Positions 9,706-19,456 of a stretch of 64,000 bases of DNA are shown one piece after another. The stretch comes from an alpha proteobacterium MED-G09 (GTDB taxonomy: Bacteria > Pseudomonadota > Alphaproteobacteria > MED-G09). The notes below the pieces were generated by a model, which had not been told where the DNA came from, did not search any database, and saw only the letters and a program-made list of their open reading frames with translations. Position numbers and translations under genes: made by a program. Location of the stretch: the NCBI GenBank assembly GCA_905182015.1, contig CAJIZT010000006.1, positions 19,116-83,115 on the forward strand, in the 5' to 3' direction. Position 1 is the stretch's first letter. Every line of letters starts with the position of its first letter.

Positions 9706-9765
9706 GAATTTATATTAAGGGCTCAAAATTTATTATTTTAAAATTAGTTAAAATTTAGGAAAAAA

Positions 9766-10899
9766 ATGAAATCAAGAATTTGCGATATGCTGGGAATAGA
9801 ATTTCCTTTATTAGCCTTCTCCCACTGCAGAGATGTCGTAGTAGCTGTTTCTAAGGCTGGCGGAATGGGAGTTTTTGGTGCAGTAAGCTTATCCCCTGAA
9901 AAATTAAAAGAAGAGTTGAATTGGATTGATGAACATGTTGATGGTATGCCATATGGCATTGATTTAATTGTTCCAAATAAATTCGAAGGTAAGGGAGAAG
10001 ATGTTTCAACAGATCAAATGCTTAATGCTATTCCGCAAGGACATAGAGATTTCGCTAAACAAATTCTTACTGATTACAATATCGATACTGATGGTCTTGA
10101 TGATGTTAGTGAGGGAGCGAAGCAATTTAGGAAAAGTTTATCTGATGAGGGCGCTGCAACATCTCTAGAGGTAGCTTTTGAGCACCCAATTAAACTAGTT
10201 GCAAACGCCCTAGGTGTTCCCCCTAAAGTTATGCTTGATATGGGAAAAAAACATAATGTTGCAGTGGCGGCTCTGGTTGGCGCAAAGGAACATGCAATAA
10301 AACAAGTCGAGGCTGGTGTAGATATATTAATTGCATCTGGCGGAGAAGCGGGTGGTCATTGTGGTGATGTTTCGACTATGGTTTTAATTCCTGAGGTCTA
10401 TAAAGCAATTCAAGAAATTAAAGATGTTCCTATTTTGGCAGCTGGAGGAATAACAACAGGATCACAAATGGCTGCAGCTATGTCAATGGGGGCATCTGGT
10501 GCCTGGTGTGGTTCGGTTTGGCTTACGACATCAGAGGCAGAGACAAACCCTGTAGTTAAAGAAAAAATGTTAGCAGCTAGCTCCAGAGATACTGTGAGAT
10601 CAAAAAGTAGAACTGGTAAAAACTCAAGACAGCTAAGATCTCCATGGACCGATGCTTGGGAAAAAAAAGGACCTGAGCCCCTTCCTATGCCATTACAGTC
10701 ACTTGTTAGCGAACCTGCATTGAAAAAAATTGATAAATTATCTCAAGGCGGACATGAAGGTGCCAAAGAGCTTGCAACATATTGGGTTGGTCAAGGTGTT
10801 GGTTTGATGAGCCAATCTATGTCCTCCGGTGCAGTTGTTCAGGATTTTAAAGAAGAATTTGTTGAGGCCTATGAAAGACTCTCAAACTACTTGAGTTAA
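9766..10899 (+). CDS. Nitronate monooxygenase/FabK-like flavoenzyme
   Basis: AFSHCRDVV.AVS.AGG, GGEAGGHCG, AAGGI. Confidence 0.85.
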   Translation: MKSRICDMLGIEFPLLAFSHCRDVVVAVSKAGGMGVFGAVSLSPEKLKEELNWIDEHVDGMPYGIDLIVPNKFEGKGEDVSTDQMLNAIPQGHRDFAKQILTDYNIDTDGLDDVSEGAKQFRKSLSDEGAATSLEVAFEHPIKLVANALGVPPKVMLDMGKKHNVAVAALVGAKEHAIKQVEAGVDILIASGGEAGGHCGDVSTMVLIPEVYKAIQEIKDVPILAAGGITTGSQMAAAMSMGASGAWCGSVWLTTSEAETNPVVKEKMLAASSRDTVRSKSRTGKNSRQLRSPWTDAWEKKGPEPLPMPLQSLVSEPALKKIDKLSQGGHEGAKELATYWVGQGVGLMSQSMSSGAVVQDFKEEFVEAYERLSNYLS

Positions 10900-10914
10900 T
10901 ATTACCTTTAATTA

Positions 10915-11838
10915 ATGTACATACCTATGAAATTTCTATTAATATTTTTACTTTTACCAGCTTTAACAGCCGGCTATTTGTTTATTACAAAACCAAAAAA
11001 TATGCCCTTTATAGGACATTTTGTTGATAAAATTTTATATGGATCTTTGTACTATATTGATAAACCAGATATTAGTTATACATATGCAAAAAGAGATAAT
11101 GTTAATTTAAAACTTCATTTTTTTATTCCAAAAAAATCAGAACTAAAATCAAGTGTTTTACTTTTCCATGGCGGTGGATGGGCATTTGGGTCATCCTACT
11201 CCCTTTTTAAAATATGCAAAAATCTTGCTAAGGAAGGAATATTGTGTGCAAGTGCAGATTATAGGCTAGCATTAAAACATGATACAAAAGTTAAAGACGC
11301 AATGCTAGATGCTGCTGACGCATATAAGTGGATGGTCAAAAATTCTGATAAATTGAACATTAGAAAAGGTCAAATTATGGTTGGAGGAGGGTCATCAGGC
11401 GGACATTTAGCTGCATCTTTGGCAATGATCCCTAATAAAAAAAATAAAACTTATGATAATATTAAAGCAATGATATTGTTTAATCCCGCTCTAAATACTT
11501 CATTTTTAAATGAAAAAATTCCTGATAATATAAATGAAAGAAGAAAAAAGTTATGGCTTTATTTAAGAAAGCTTTTTGAAGGAAAACCGGAGGATCTTTC
11601 ACCTTCAAATTTTATTCGAAGCGATCTCCCTCCCTCAATTATATTTCATGGAGAGAAGGATAAAACAATTCCAATTTTTTTAATTGAAGATTTTACTAAA
11701 GAAATGAAAGAAAAAGGTAATCAAGTCGATTTATTAAAATGGAAAGATAGTGGACATCAGTTTTATCGTTGGGACAAAAAGGCTTATCCTGAGGTAATGG
11801 AAAAGTTAATATTATTTGTTAAAGCACAAAGTAAGTAA
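10915..11838 (+). CDS. Membrane-anchored HSL-type alpha/beta hydrolase (esterase/lipase)
   Basis: N-terminal hydrophobic helix, HGGGW, GGSSGG nucleophile elbow, HG..D, GH. Start could be 10927. Confidence 0.85.
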   Translation: MYIPMKFLLIFLLLPALTAGYLFITKPKNMPFIGHFVDKILYGSLYYIDKPDISYTYAKRDNVNLKLHFFIPKKSELKSSVLLFHGGGWAFGSSYSLFKICKNLAKEGILCASADYRLALKHDTKVKDAMLDAADAYKWMVKNSDKLNIRKGQIMVGGGSSGGHLAASLAMIPNKKNKTYDNIKAMILFNPALNTSFLNEKIPDNINERRKKLWLYLRKLFEGKPEDLSPSNFIRSDLPPSIIFHGEKDKTIPIFLIEDFTKEMKEKGNQVDLLKWKDSGHQFYRWDKKAYPEVMEKLILFVKAQSK

Positions 11839-11849
11839 AGGATTGTTAA

Positions 11850-12752
11850 ATGCCATTAAAGACATCAATTTTTGGATCATTAATTAGCATAATTTTAGCC
11901 GGTTTTATAGCGGTTTTATCAAGTGAAGGAGGTCTTACTATACTTGGTATTCCATCCTTAATTTTTTGTGCTATTTACTCTTTTAGTGTGCATTGGATTT
12001 TTTTTATCCATGGTTATTTTTATCAAACTGAACACTATTTTGATGCTACTGGGAGCCTTACTTATATTAGCCTCTCACTAATTTTAATTGTCACCTCTTG
12101 CTTCAGTATCGGCGAATATGGTTTTAACCCCTATTCTTTTATAATCGGTTCCATGGTTATTATTTGGGCTATTAGGCTTGGATCATTCTTGTTTAAAAGG
12201 GTGAAGGATGTTGGGCAGGATATTAGATTCCTTGAAATGAAAAAAGATTTTTTCTGGTTTCTTATGACATGGACTTTATCGGGACTTTGGGTCTTCTTAA
12301 CTTATACAGCCGGTCTACTAGCAATGACTTCTGTTAATTTAGAATCCTCATTTAGTTACTACCAATACTTTTGCCTAATTTTAGGCTCTACTTTTTGGAT
12401 TATAGGATTTGGCATTGAAGTTATATCTGATCATCAAAAAAAGATTTTTCGACAGAACATATCCAATAAAGGAAATTTTATAAAAAGCGGACTATGGTCC
12501 TGGTCTAGACATCCAAATTATTTTGGAGAAATAGTTCTTTGGCTTGGTATTGCAATAATTGCCCTTCCTTTAATGGAGGGTTTTAAGTACATAGTTTTAA
12601 TTTCTCCTTTATTTGTTTATTTTCTTTTAACAAGAGTTAGTGGTATTCCGATGCTTGAAAAAAGTTCAGATCGAAAGTGGGCTGATGACCTTGATTATAT
12701 TGAATATAAAAAAAATACACCTATATTATTTTTTAAAAAACCTAGTCTTTAA
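11850..12752 (+). CDS. DUF1295 / steroid 5-alpha-reductase-like membrane protein
   Basis: Multi-TM; WAIRLG, D.RF, GLWSWSRHPNYFGE, SGIPMLEK. Confidence 0.85.
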   Translation: MPLKTSIFGSLISIILAGFIAVLSSEGGLTILGIPSLIFCAIYSFSVHWIFFIHGYFYQTEHYFDATGSLTYISLSLILIVTSCFSIGEYGFNPYSFIIGSMVIIWAIRLGSFLFKRVKDVGQDIRFLEMKKDFFWFLMTWTLSGLWVFLTYTAGLLAMTSVNLESSFSYYQYFCLILGSTFWIIGFGIEVISDHQKKIFRQNISNKGNFIKSGLWSWSRHPNYFGEIVLWLGIAIIALPLMEGFKYIVLISPLFVYFLLTRVSGIPMLEKSSDRKWADDLDYIEYKKNTPILFFKKPSL

Positions 12753-14016
12753 TAAGGTCATCTTTTAAATATTTTCCAGCCATATAGTAATGAAAAGCAC
12801 ACCATATCTTTAAAGAGGCAAAGAAAAGAAGGCTATATCTTAATGATTCCTTTCCATACTCAGAATGTAATATATCACTCAGAATTCCAACTGATTGAGG
12901 GCCAAAGCCTAAACCTATTATATTAATGACGAATAATAGTATTGCTGCTGCTACAGATCTCATTCTAAGCTCAACCATTCCCTGCGTTTGACTGAATGTA
13001 GCTGCTTGATAAAAATTACCAAGAGCAACGGGGATAATTAGCCATAACAGTGAAGAATTAGCAGTTGTGCTAAGATAAACTAAAAAATAAAGTGGACCAG
13101 ATAAGAGCATAGCAATTGCAGCAACCCAAAGAGACCATCGCACATCCTTAGCACCAAAGTAATCTGATAAATAACCACCTAAAAATATTCCTAAACCACC
13201 TGGTATTCCAAGAATCAATCCTAAATACCAACCAACATCACTTGTTTGCATCCCATAAGATCTTTGGAAAAATGATGGCAGCCATGTTATTGCCCCATAC
13301 CCAACGAAGGCAGCTAATGATGCAGCAAATACTAAATGTCTAAATGACTTTTTCTTTAGTAAGAAAGAAATTGTTTCAAAAATAGTTGGCTGCTCTCGTG
13401 TATCAGCTCTTCCTTCTGCTTGCCCTCGTATAGGCTCCTTAACAGTTAATCTAAATATTAATGCGAGTAATAACCCTGGAATACCGACAACAAAAAAGGC
13501 TAATCTCCAACCAAAAATTTCATTAATCCAACCCCCGGCAAATAAACCAAACATTATTCCAAAAGGTATACCCAGGGAGTAAATCCCTAACGCAGTTGAC
13601 CTAGTATTTGCTGGAAAATAATCAGATATCATTGAATGAGCAGGTGGGCTACATCCTGCTTCACCAACACCAACACCAATTCTCGCAAATAATAGGTGAA
13701 AGAAGTTTTGAGCTAAACCAGATAAGGCTGTCATAAAGCTCCATACCGCTATTGAAACAGCAATAAGATTTCTTCTATTTCCTCTATCAGCATATTTAGC
13801 GATAGGAATCCCTAAGGTTGCATAGAATAATGCAAAAGCGAACCCGGTTAGAAAACCCAAGGATGTATCGGAAAGGCCTAGATCTATTTTTATGGATTCA
13901 AGTAAAATTGATAAAATTTGCCTATCAATGAAATTAAATGTGTAGACCACAACTAATATTCCAAGAGCATAATTTCTTATCGATGTGGTCGGTTTAATAG
14001 TATCAGTTTGTGACAT
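12742..14016 (-). CDS. Spinster-family MFS transporter
   Basis: NFIDRQI, ADRGNRR, RIGVGVGEAG..PP, FGWR.AF; about 12 TM; GAGG RBS. Confidence 0.9.
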   Translation of the reverse strand: MSQTDTIKPTTSIRNYALGILVVVYTFNFIDRQILSILLESIKIDLGLSDTSLGFLTGFAFALFYATLGIPIAKYADRGNRRNLIAVSIAVWSFMTALSGLAQNFFHLLFARIGVGVGEAGCSPPAHSMISDYFPANTRSTALGIYSLGIPFGIMFGLFAGGWINEIFGWRLAFFVVGIPGLLLALIFRLTVKEPIRGQAEGRADTREQPTIFETISFLLKKKSFRHLVFAASLAAFVGYGAITWLPSFFQRSYGMQTSDVGWYLGLILGIPGGLGIFLGGYLSDYFGAKDVRWSLWVAAIAMLLSGPLYFLVYLSTTANSSLLWLIIPVALGNFYQAATFSQTQGMVELRMRSVAAAILLFVINIIGLGFGPQSVGILSDILHSEYGKESLRYSLLFFASLKIWCAFHYYMAGKYLKDDLIKD

Positions 14017-14066
14017 TTATTCCTCAAAAAGTTCAGATTTTAAATATATGCAATTTAATTACTAAT

Positions 14067-14164
14067 ACTAGAAAATTTTATTTAAAGTTTCTAGTTTTAT
14101 TCTAGTCATAAAAATAGAAATTTGAGAATTAATTGGGTATTTTTTTTAATCCTTTAAAAAATAC
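14067..14164. promoter_or_regulatory. Two inverted repeats in the divergent MFS/pimC promoter region (candidate operators)
   Basis: ACTAGAAA(14067-74)..TTTCTAGT(14088-95) and GTATTTTTT(14137-45)..AAAAAATAC(14156-64). Confidence 0.35.
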
Positions 14165-14247
14165 AATAGATTTAATGGCATAGCTCTGATAAGAAAGAGT
14201 GTTGAATTTTAGTGTTATTGTAGGATGAAAGAAAAAGGATTTATAAT

Positions 14248-15468
14248 ATGGATTTAGATTTTACCCAAGCTGATCATGACTTTAGAATGGAGGTTAGAGA
14301 GTTTATTTCAAATAATTTCTCTCAAGCAAATGCAAGTGGTCAAAATATAGAAAAATATCACGAAGTAACTTCTGACCAGATGAAGGAAGGTATCCTTGAC
14401 TGGCATAAGACTTTGTATAAAAAAGGTTGGCTTGCACCGCACTGGCCTACTGAGCACGGGGGAATAGATTGGTCTGTAACTCAACGGTATATTTGGGATC
14501 AAGAATGCGCTAATGCAGGAACAACTCCACTTATCCCGTTTGGTCTAACAATGCTTGGTCCTGTAATTATAGCTTTTGGAAATGACCGTCAAAAAGATTG
14601 GGTTTTAAAAGGTATTTTATCAGGAGATGATTGGTGGTGTCAGGGCTATTCTGAGCCAGGTGCTGGATCTGATTTGGCTAGCCTTAGAACAAAAGCTGAA
14701 AAAGTTGGTGATCACTATGTGGTTAATGGACATAAGGTTTGGACAACTTTAGCGCAATATGCAGATTGGATGTTTTGTCTTGTCAGAACTTCTTCTGAAG
14801 GGAAGCCTCAGCAAGGGATTTCTTTTTTATTGATCGATATGAATACACCTGGAATAGATGTTAAACCTATCATTACAGTTGATGGAGGACATGAGGTTAA
14901 TGAGGTCTTTCTTGAGGATGTTAAAGTTCCTATAGAAAACCTTGTCGGTGAAGAAAATATGGGTTGGACGATAGCTAAATTTTTACTTGGAAATGAAAGA
15001 ACTGGCATAGCAGGTGTTGCTCGGTCTAAAAAGGCTATTAATAAGCTTAAAGAAATAGCTAATTCAGAATTTAACGACGGAAGGCCATTAATTGAAGATT
15101 CATCCTTTAATCGTAAGATTTCTGAACTAGAGGTGGATTTAATGGCTCTTGAGTATACTGAGCTTAGAACTCTAGCGAAAGAGAGTAAGGGCGAAGGACC
15201 GGGAGCAGAATCCTCGATTTTAAAAATTAAAGGTACTGAAATTCAACAAAAAATTTCTGAATTAACTTTGGAGGCAGTTGGTAATTATGCTAGTCCTTAC
15301 CTGACTCCTCTAAGTGTTAGGAGTTATGGATCAAATTATCCTGAGGTTGGGCCTGATTATTCACAGGGTGCAGCCCAGAATTATTTTGGTATGAGGAAAA
15401 CCTCTATCTATGGCGGATCGAACGAAATACAAAGAAATATAATAGCAAAGATGGTTTTAGGACTTTAG
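14248..15468 (+). CDS. pimC: Acyl-CoA dehydrogenase, pimeloyl-CoA dehydrogenase large-subunit-like
   Basis: WWCQGYSEPGAGSDLASL, K.WTT.AQ.AD, LGNER, SIYGGSNEIQRNII. Confidence 0.8.
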   Translation: MDLDFTQADHDFRMEVREFISNNFSQANASGQNIEKYHEVTSDQMKEGILDWHKTLYKKGWLAPHWPTEHGGIDWSVTQRYIWDQECANAGTTPLIPFGLTMLGPVIIAFGNDRQKDWVLKGILSGDDWWCQGYSEPGAGSDLASLRTKAEKVGDHYVVNGHKVWTTLAQYADWMFCLVRTSSEGKPQQGISFLLIDMNTPGIDVKPIITVDGGHEVNEVFLEDVKVPIENLVGEENMGWTIAKFLLGNERTGIAGVARSKKAINKLKEIANSEFNDGRPLIEDSSFNRKISELEVDLMALEYTELRTLAKESKGEGPGAESSILKIKGTEIQQKISELTLEAVGNYASPYLTPLSVRSYGSNYPEVGPDYSQGAAQNYFGMRKTSIYGGSNEIQRNIIAKMVLGL

Positions 15469-15478
15469 GAGGTAAAAA

Positions 15479-16633
15479 ATGGATTTTTCATTTAGCGAAG
15501 AACAAACTTTATTACGTAATACAATTGAATCATTTCTTCAGGATAATTATGGGTTTGTCGCCAGGAAGGCAATTATTAAGTCTGAAGAGGGTATGAGTAA
15601 TAAAAACTGGCAACAGATAGCCGAGCTTGGTTTATTAGGCGTTCCTTTTTCCGAAGCCGATGGTGGTCTCGATTTTGGTCCTGTCGAAACAATGATTGTT
15701 GCTGAGGAGTTTGGTAAAGGCCTTGTTGTTGAGCCGTATATACAAACTGTCGTCACATGTGGTGGATTTCTTAGGAGGGCCTCAGAAGAGCAAAGACAAG
15801 AACATTTGCCTAAGATTATATCTGGAGAAGAGATTTGGGCCTTTGCTTACGCCGAACCTCAAGGAAGGTTTAATTTATCAGATATTAAAGTTAGTGCTTC
15901 AAAAAAATCTTCTTCTTTAGGAAGAATTCCATCAAATGATGCATATATTCTAAATGGTAATAAGTGTGTAGTTTCTGCTGCTCCATGGGCCCAGAAGCTA
16001 ATAGTAACAGCCAGAACATCTGGTGAGCAAGCTGAAAAAGAAGGTATATCTCTGTTTGTGGTCGACAAATCTGCACCAGGTGTGTCAACAAGAGACTATA
16101 AAACAGTTGATGGAAGTATGGCTTCAGAAGTTTTATTTGAGAATGTAACTTTAAATAGTAACTCTTTAATTGGTGAAGAAGGCAAAGCTTACCCCCTTAT
16201 TGAGTTGGTAGCTGATGAAACTATCGCCGCTTTATGTGCTGAGGCAATTGGCGCAATGTCTGTTTTAAATGATGCAACTGTTGAGTACTGTAAGACACGT
16301 AAACAGTTCGGCCAACCGATTGGAAAATTCCAAGTATTACAACACAGAATGGTTGATATGTTTATGCAGTATGAACAATCAGTTTCAATGACATATATGG
16401 TTAATCTTAAGCTAGATGAAAGTGAAACAGAAAGAACAAAAGCTGCGTCAGGAGCAAAAGTTCAGATATGTAATGCTTCTAAATTTATTGGTCAAAATGC
16501 TGTTCAGCTTCATGGTGGCATGGGTATGACTGACGAGTTAAATGTTGGACATTACTTTAAAAGGCTCGCAATGATTGAAACTCAATTTGGTAACGCAGAT
16601 CATCATTTAAAAAAGTATTCCTCAGTATCATAA
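15479..16633 (+). CDS. pimD: Acyl-CoA dehydrogenase, pimeloyl-CoA dehydrogenase small-subunit-like
   Basis: MDFSFSEEQ, R.QFG.PIG.FQ.LQHR, QLHGGMGMT.E, FG..DHH; degenerate C-terminal FAD site typical of the beta subunit. Confidence 0.8.
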   Translation: MDFSFSEEQTLLRNTIESFLQDNYGFVARKAIIKSEEGMSNKNWQQIAELGLLGVPFSEADGGLDFGPVETMIVAEEFGKGLVVEPYIQTVVTCGGFLRRASEEQRQEHLPKIISGEEIWAFAYAEPQGRFNLSDIKVSASKKSSSLGRIPSNDAYILNGNKCVVSAAPWAQKLIVTARTSGEQAEKEGISLFVVDKSAPGVSTRDYKTVDGSMASEVLFENVTLNSNSLIGEEGKAYPLIELVADETIAALCAEAIGAMSVLNDATVEYCKTRKQFGQPIGKFQVLQHRMVDMFMQYEQSVSMTYMVNLKLDESETERTKAASGAKVQICNASKFIGQNAVQLHGGMGMTDELNVGHYFKRLAMIETQFGNADHHLKKYSSVS

Positions 16634-16645
16634 AGGTATTTAATT

Positions 16646-17446
16646 ATGAACGATTGGTTAAAATTTGAAAAAAACGATTCTATTGTTACCTTAACAATGA
16701 ATAGACCTGAAATTCGAAATCCATTAGGTGAGCCAGAGGATGTAAAAAATTTTGAAGAAGCATCAGACTTAATTAATAATGATAGAGATGTTAGGTGTGT
16801 TATTCTAACTGGAGCAGGTAAAGCATTTTCCGCAGGTGGAAATATAAAAAATATGCAAAACAAGTCAGGCAATTTTTCTGGCTCTTCCGTTGCTCTTAGA
16901 GAGAGATATCGTTTCGGAATTCATAAGATAATTAAAGCGATTTGGAATATAGATGTTCCTGTTGTTGCTGCTATAAATGGACCAGCTATTGGTCTTGGTA
17001 ATGATGTTGCGTGTCTAGCAGATATGAGAATTTCTTCAGAAAAAGCTCTTTTTGGTGTCACATTTTTAAAAATTGGACTAATACCAGGTGATGGTGGTGC
17101 TTGGCTATTACCAAAGATAATAGGAATGGCGAGAGCGTCAGAGCTTTTATTCACAGCAAATCTAATCGACCCAAAGACAGCTAAGGAGTGGGGACTTATC
17201 AGTGATTTTTATAAGGATGGAGAACTAATGGAGGAAGCTAATAAATTAGCTTTATCTATAGTAAAGCAGCCTCCTGATGCCCTAAGGATGAGTAAGAAGT
17301 TATTAAGAGAAGGTATGGGCGTGAGTTTTGATAATATTCTTGAGATGTCAGCTAATATGCAAGCGTTAATGCACCTCACTGAAGATCACCAGGAAGCCTT
17401 ATCGGCATTTTTTGAGAAACGAGATGGTAATTTTAAAGGAAAATAA
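16646..17446 (+). CDS. Crotonase-superfamily enoyl-CoA hydratase/isomerase
   Basis: LTMNRP, AFSAGG, AINGPAIG, GLIPGDGG, AF.EKR..F.G. Confidence 0.9.
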   Translation: MNDWLKFEKNDSIVTLTMNRPEIRNPLGEPEDVKNFEEASDLINNDRDVRCVILTGAGKAFSAGGNIKNMQNKSGNFSGSSVALRERYRFGIHKIIKAIWNIDVPVVAAINGPAIGLGNDVACLADMRISSEKALFGVTFLKIGLIPGDGGAWLLPKIIGMARASELLFTANLIDPKTAKEWGLISDFYKDGELMEEANKLALSIVKQPPDALRMSKKLLREGMGVSFDNILEMSANMQALMHLTEDHQEALSAFFEKRDGNFKGK

Positions 17447-17459
17447 TTAAGGAAAAGTT

Positions 17460-18671
17460 TTGGATTTAGATTTTAGTCAAAATGATACTGATTTTCGAAA
17501 TGAAGTTAGAGACTTTATTAAGTCTTCATTTACATCGGAAATGCATGGGGAGTTAAGAAGGTCCAAAAATGGATCTGCTAGCAAGGAACTTCACGTTAAG
17601 TGGCAAAAATCTCTTTATGAAAAGGGATGGATTGCACCTAATTGGCCTGTTGAGCACGGCGGTCCAGGCTTTACAACTACTCAAAAGTATATTTTTGAAA
17701 CTGAAATGGCACATGCCGGTGCTCCACGATCCGTTCCATTTGGTTTATCTATGGTTGCTCCAGTTATTATGGAGTTTGGAACCGAAGAGCAGAAAAAGAA
17801 ATATCTACCAGATATTTTGGAAACTAATGTTTGGTGGTGTCAGGGTTACTCTGAGCCAGGAGCTGGATCTGATCTCGCATCCCTGCAATGCAAGGCCGAA
17901 GATAAAGGTGACCACTATTTAGTTAATGGTACAAAAATTTGGACCACAATGGCTCAGCATGCGGATATGATATTCTGTCTTGTAAGAACATCGAAAACTG
18001 AAAAACCTCAACAAGGAATTTCCTTTTTATTAATAGACATGAAATCAAAGGGAATTGAAGTTCGACCGCTCATCACCTTAGACCAATCGCCTGAGCCATA
18101 CCAAGAGGTTAATCAGGTATTTTTTGAGGATGTAAGGGTGCCAAAGGAAAACCTTGTAGGGGAAGAGAATAAGGGTTGGACATATGCGAAATATCTACTT
18201 GAGTTTGAAAGGGGTAGTTCTTATTCACCAACACTTTATCGAGGAATTGAAGGCTTAAAAAGTATTGCAAAAGAAACACCTATTGGAAACGGATTAAACT
18301 TATCTGATGAATCAAGTTTTTTAAGAAAAATAAGTCAATGTGAGATTGAAATTCAAGCACTTGAGTTTGTTGAGCTAAGAATTTTTTCTGCCCTATCTGC
18401 CGGGCAAAGAGTTGGTCCAGAATCTTCCACATTAAAGCTCAGAGGAACTGAATTACAGCAAAGGTTACAGGAGTTATCTGTTGAGGCTATTGGGTATTGG
18501 GCTTTACCATTCGTGAATGATACTTTTGCGAATATTAATGAACCATCAATTGGCCCCGATTATGCAATGACGGTCGCACCATCATACTTTAATGGAAGAA
18601 AAACAACTATTTACGCTGGATCAAATGAGATTCAAAGAAATATTATTTCAAAAGCTGTCTTAGGTCTTTAA
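17460..18671 (+). CDS. Second PimC-like acyl-CoA dehydrogenase large subunit
   Basis: Paralog of 14248-15468 (MDLDF..D.DFR.EVR.FI, WWCQGYSEPG, IYAGSNEIQ); TTG start. Confidence 0.85.
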   Translation: MDLDFSQNDTDFRNEVRDFIKSSFTSEMHGELRRSKNGSASKELHVKWQKSLYEKGWIAPNWPVEHGGPGFTTTQKYIFETEMAHAGAPRSVPFGLSMVAPVIMEFGTEEQKKKYLPDILETNVWWCQGYSEPGAGSDLASLQCKAEDKGDHYLVNGTKIWTTMAQHADMIFCLVRTSKTEKPQQGISFLLIDMKSKGIEVRPLITLDQSPEPYQEVNQVFFEDVRVPKENLVGEENKGWTYAKYLLEFERGSSYSPTLYRGIEGLKSIAKETPIGNGLNLSDESSFLRKISQCEIEIQALEFVELRIFSALSAGQRVGPESSTLKLRGTELQQRLQELSVEAIGYWALPFVNDTFANINEPSIGPDYAMTVAPSYFNGRKTTIYAGSNEIQRNIISKAVLGL

Positions 18672-18732
18672 AAAAAAGACGATAAATAATTTTATCAAAG
18701 AATTTTTTTCTCGACTCATATAGTTTGATCGC

Positions 18733-19452
18733 ATGTCTGTTTGGGGTAAACTTGCCGGAGTCACGGCGGGATATTTAGTTGGTGGAGTTTTTGGCGCATT
18801 TGTCGGTGCGGTAGCAGGTCATTATGTCTTAGATAAAAATGATGAGAGTGTTGCTTTTGCAATTGCCTTAATTGCGCTTTCAGCAAAGATGTCGAAAGCA
18901 GATGGAAAAATCTCAGATAAAGAATTTGTAGCCTTTAAAGAAATTTTATATGAGGTTCCGGAAAATGAATTAAAAAATGTCCTTAGGGTATATAATTTAG
19001 CAAAAGAAGATATTGCAGGGTATGATATTTACGCTACCCAAATAGCAACAATTTTCGAGAATAACCTCCATGTCTTGGAAAATGTTCTAGATGCATTATT
19101 TCATGTTGCAAAGGCTGATGCACCAGTTAATAAAAATGAATTATTTTTTTTAGAAAAGGTAGCGGGTATTTTTGGATTTACAGCAGCAGAGTTTGCTAGA
19201 ATAAGGGCTAGCCACATGGCTGCTCAAAACGATGATCCTTGGTTGGTTCTTGGGTTAGAAAGTGGAACAAATATTGAAAAAACTAAATCACAATGGAAAA
19301 AATTAGCCGCTGAAAACCATCCAGATAAACTTATGGCCAAAGGAGTGCCAAAGGAGCTGTTAGGTATGGCTAATGAGAAAATTGCTGTAATAAATGGCGC
19401 TTATAATAAGATTGTTCAAGCTCACAAAATTAAAGCTGGATCAGAGGAGTAG
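18733..19452 (+). CDS. djlA: Co-chaperone DjlA (TerB domain plus C-terminal J domain)
   Basis: WGK.., glycine-zipper TM, AKM.KADG, HPDK. Confidence 0.85.
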   Translation: MSVWGKLAGVTAGYLVGGVFGAFVGAVAGHYVLDKNDESVAFAIALIALSAKMSKADGKISDKEFVAFKEILYEVPENELKNVLRVYNLAKEDIAGYDIYATQIATIFENNLHVLENVLDALFHVAKADAPVNKNELFFLEKVAGIFGFTAAEFARIRASHMAAQNDDPWLVLGLESGTNIEKTKSQWKKLAAENHPDKLMAKGVPKELLGMANEKIAVINGAYNKIVQAHKIKAGSEE

Positions 19453-19456
19453 TGCA

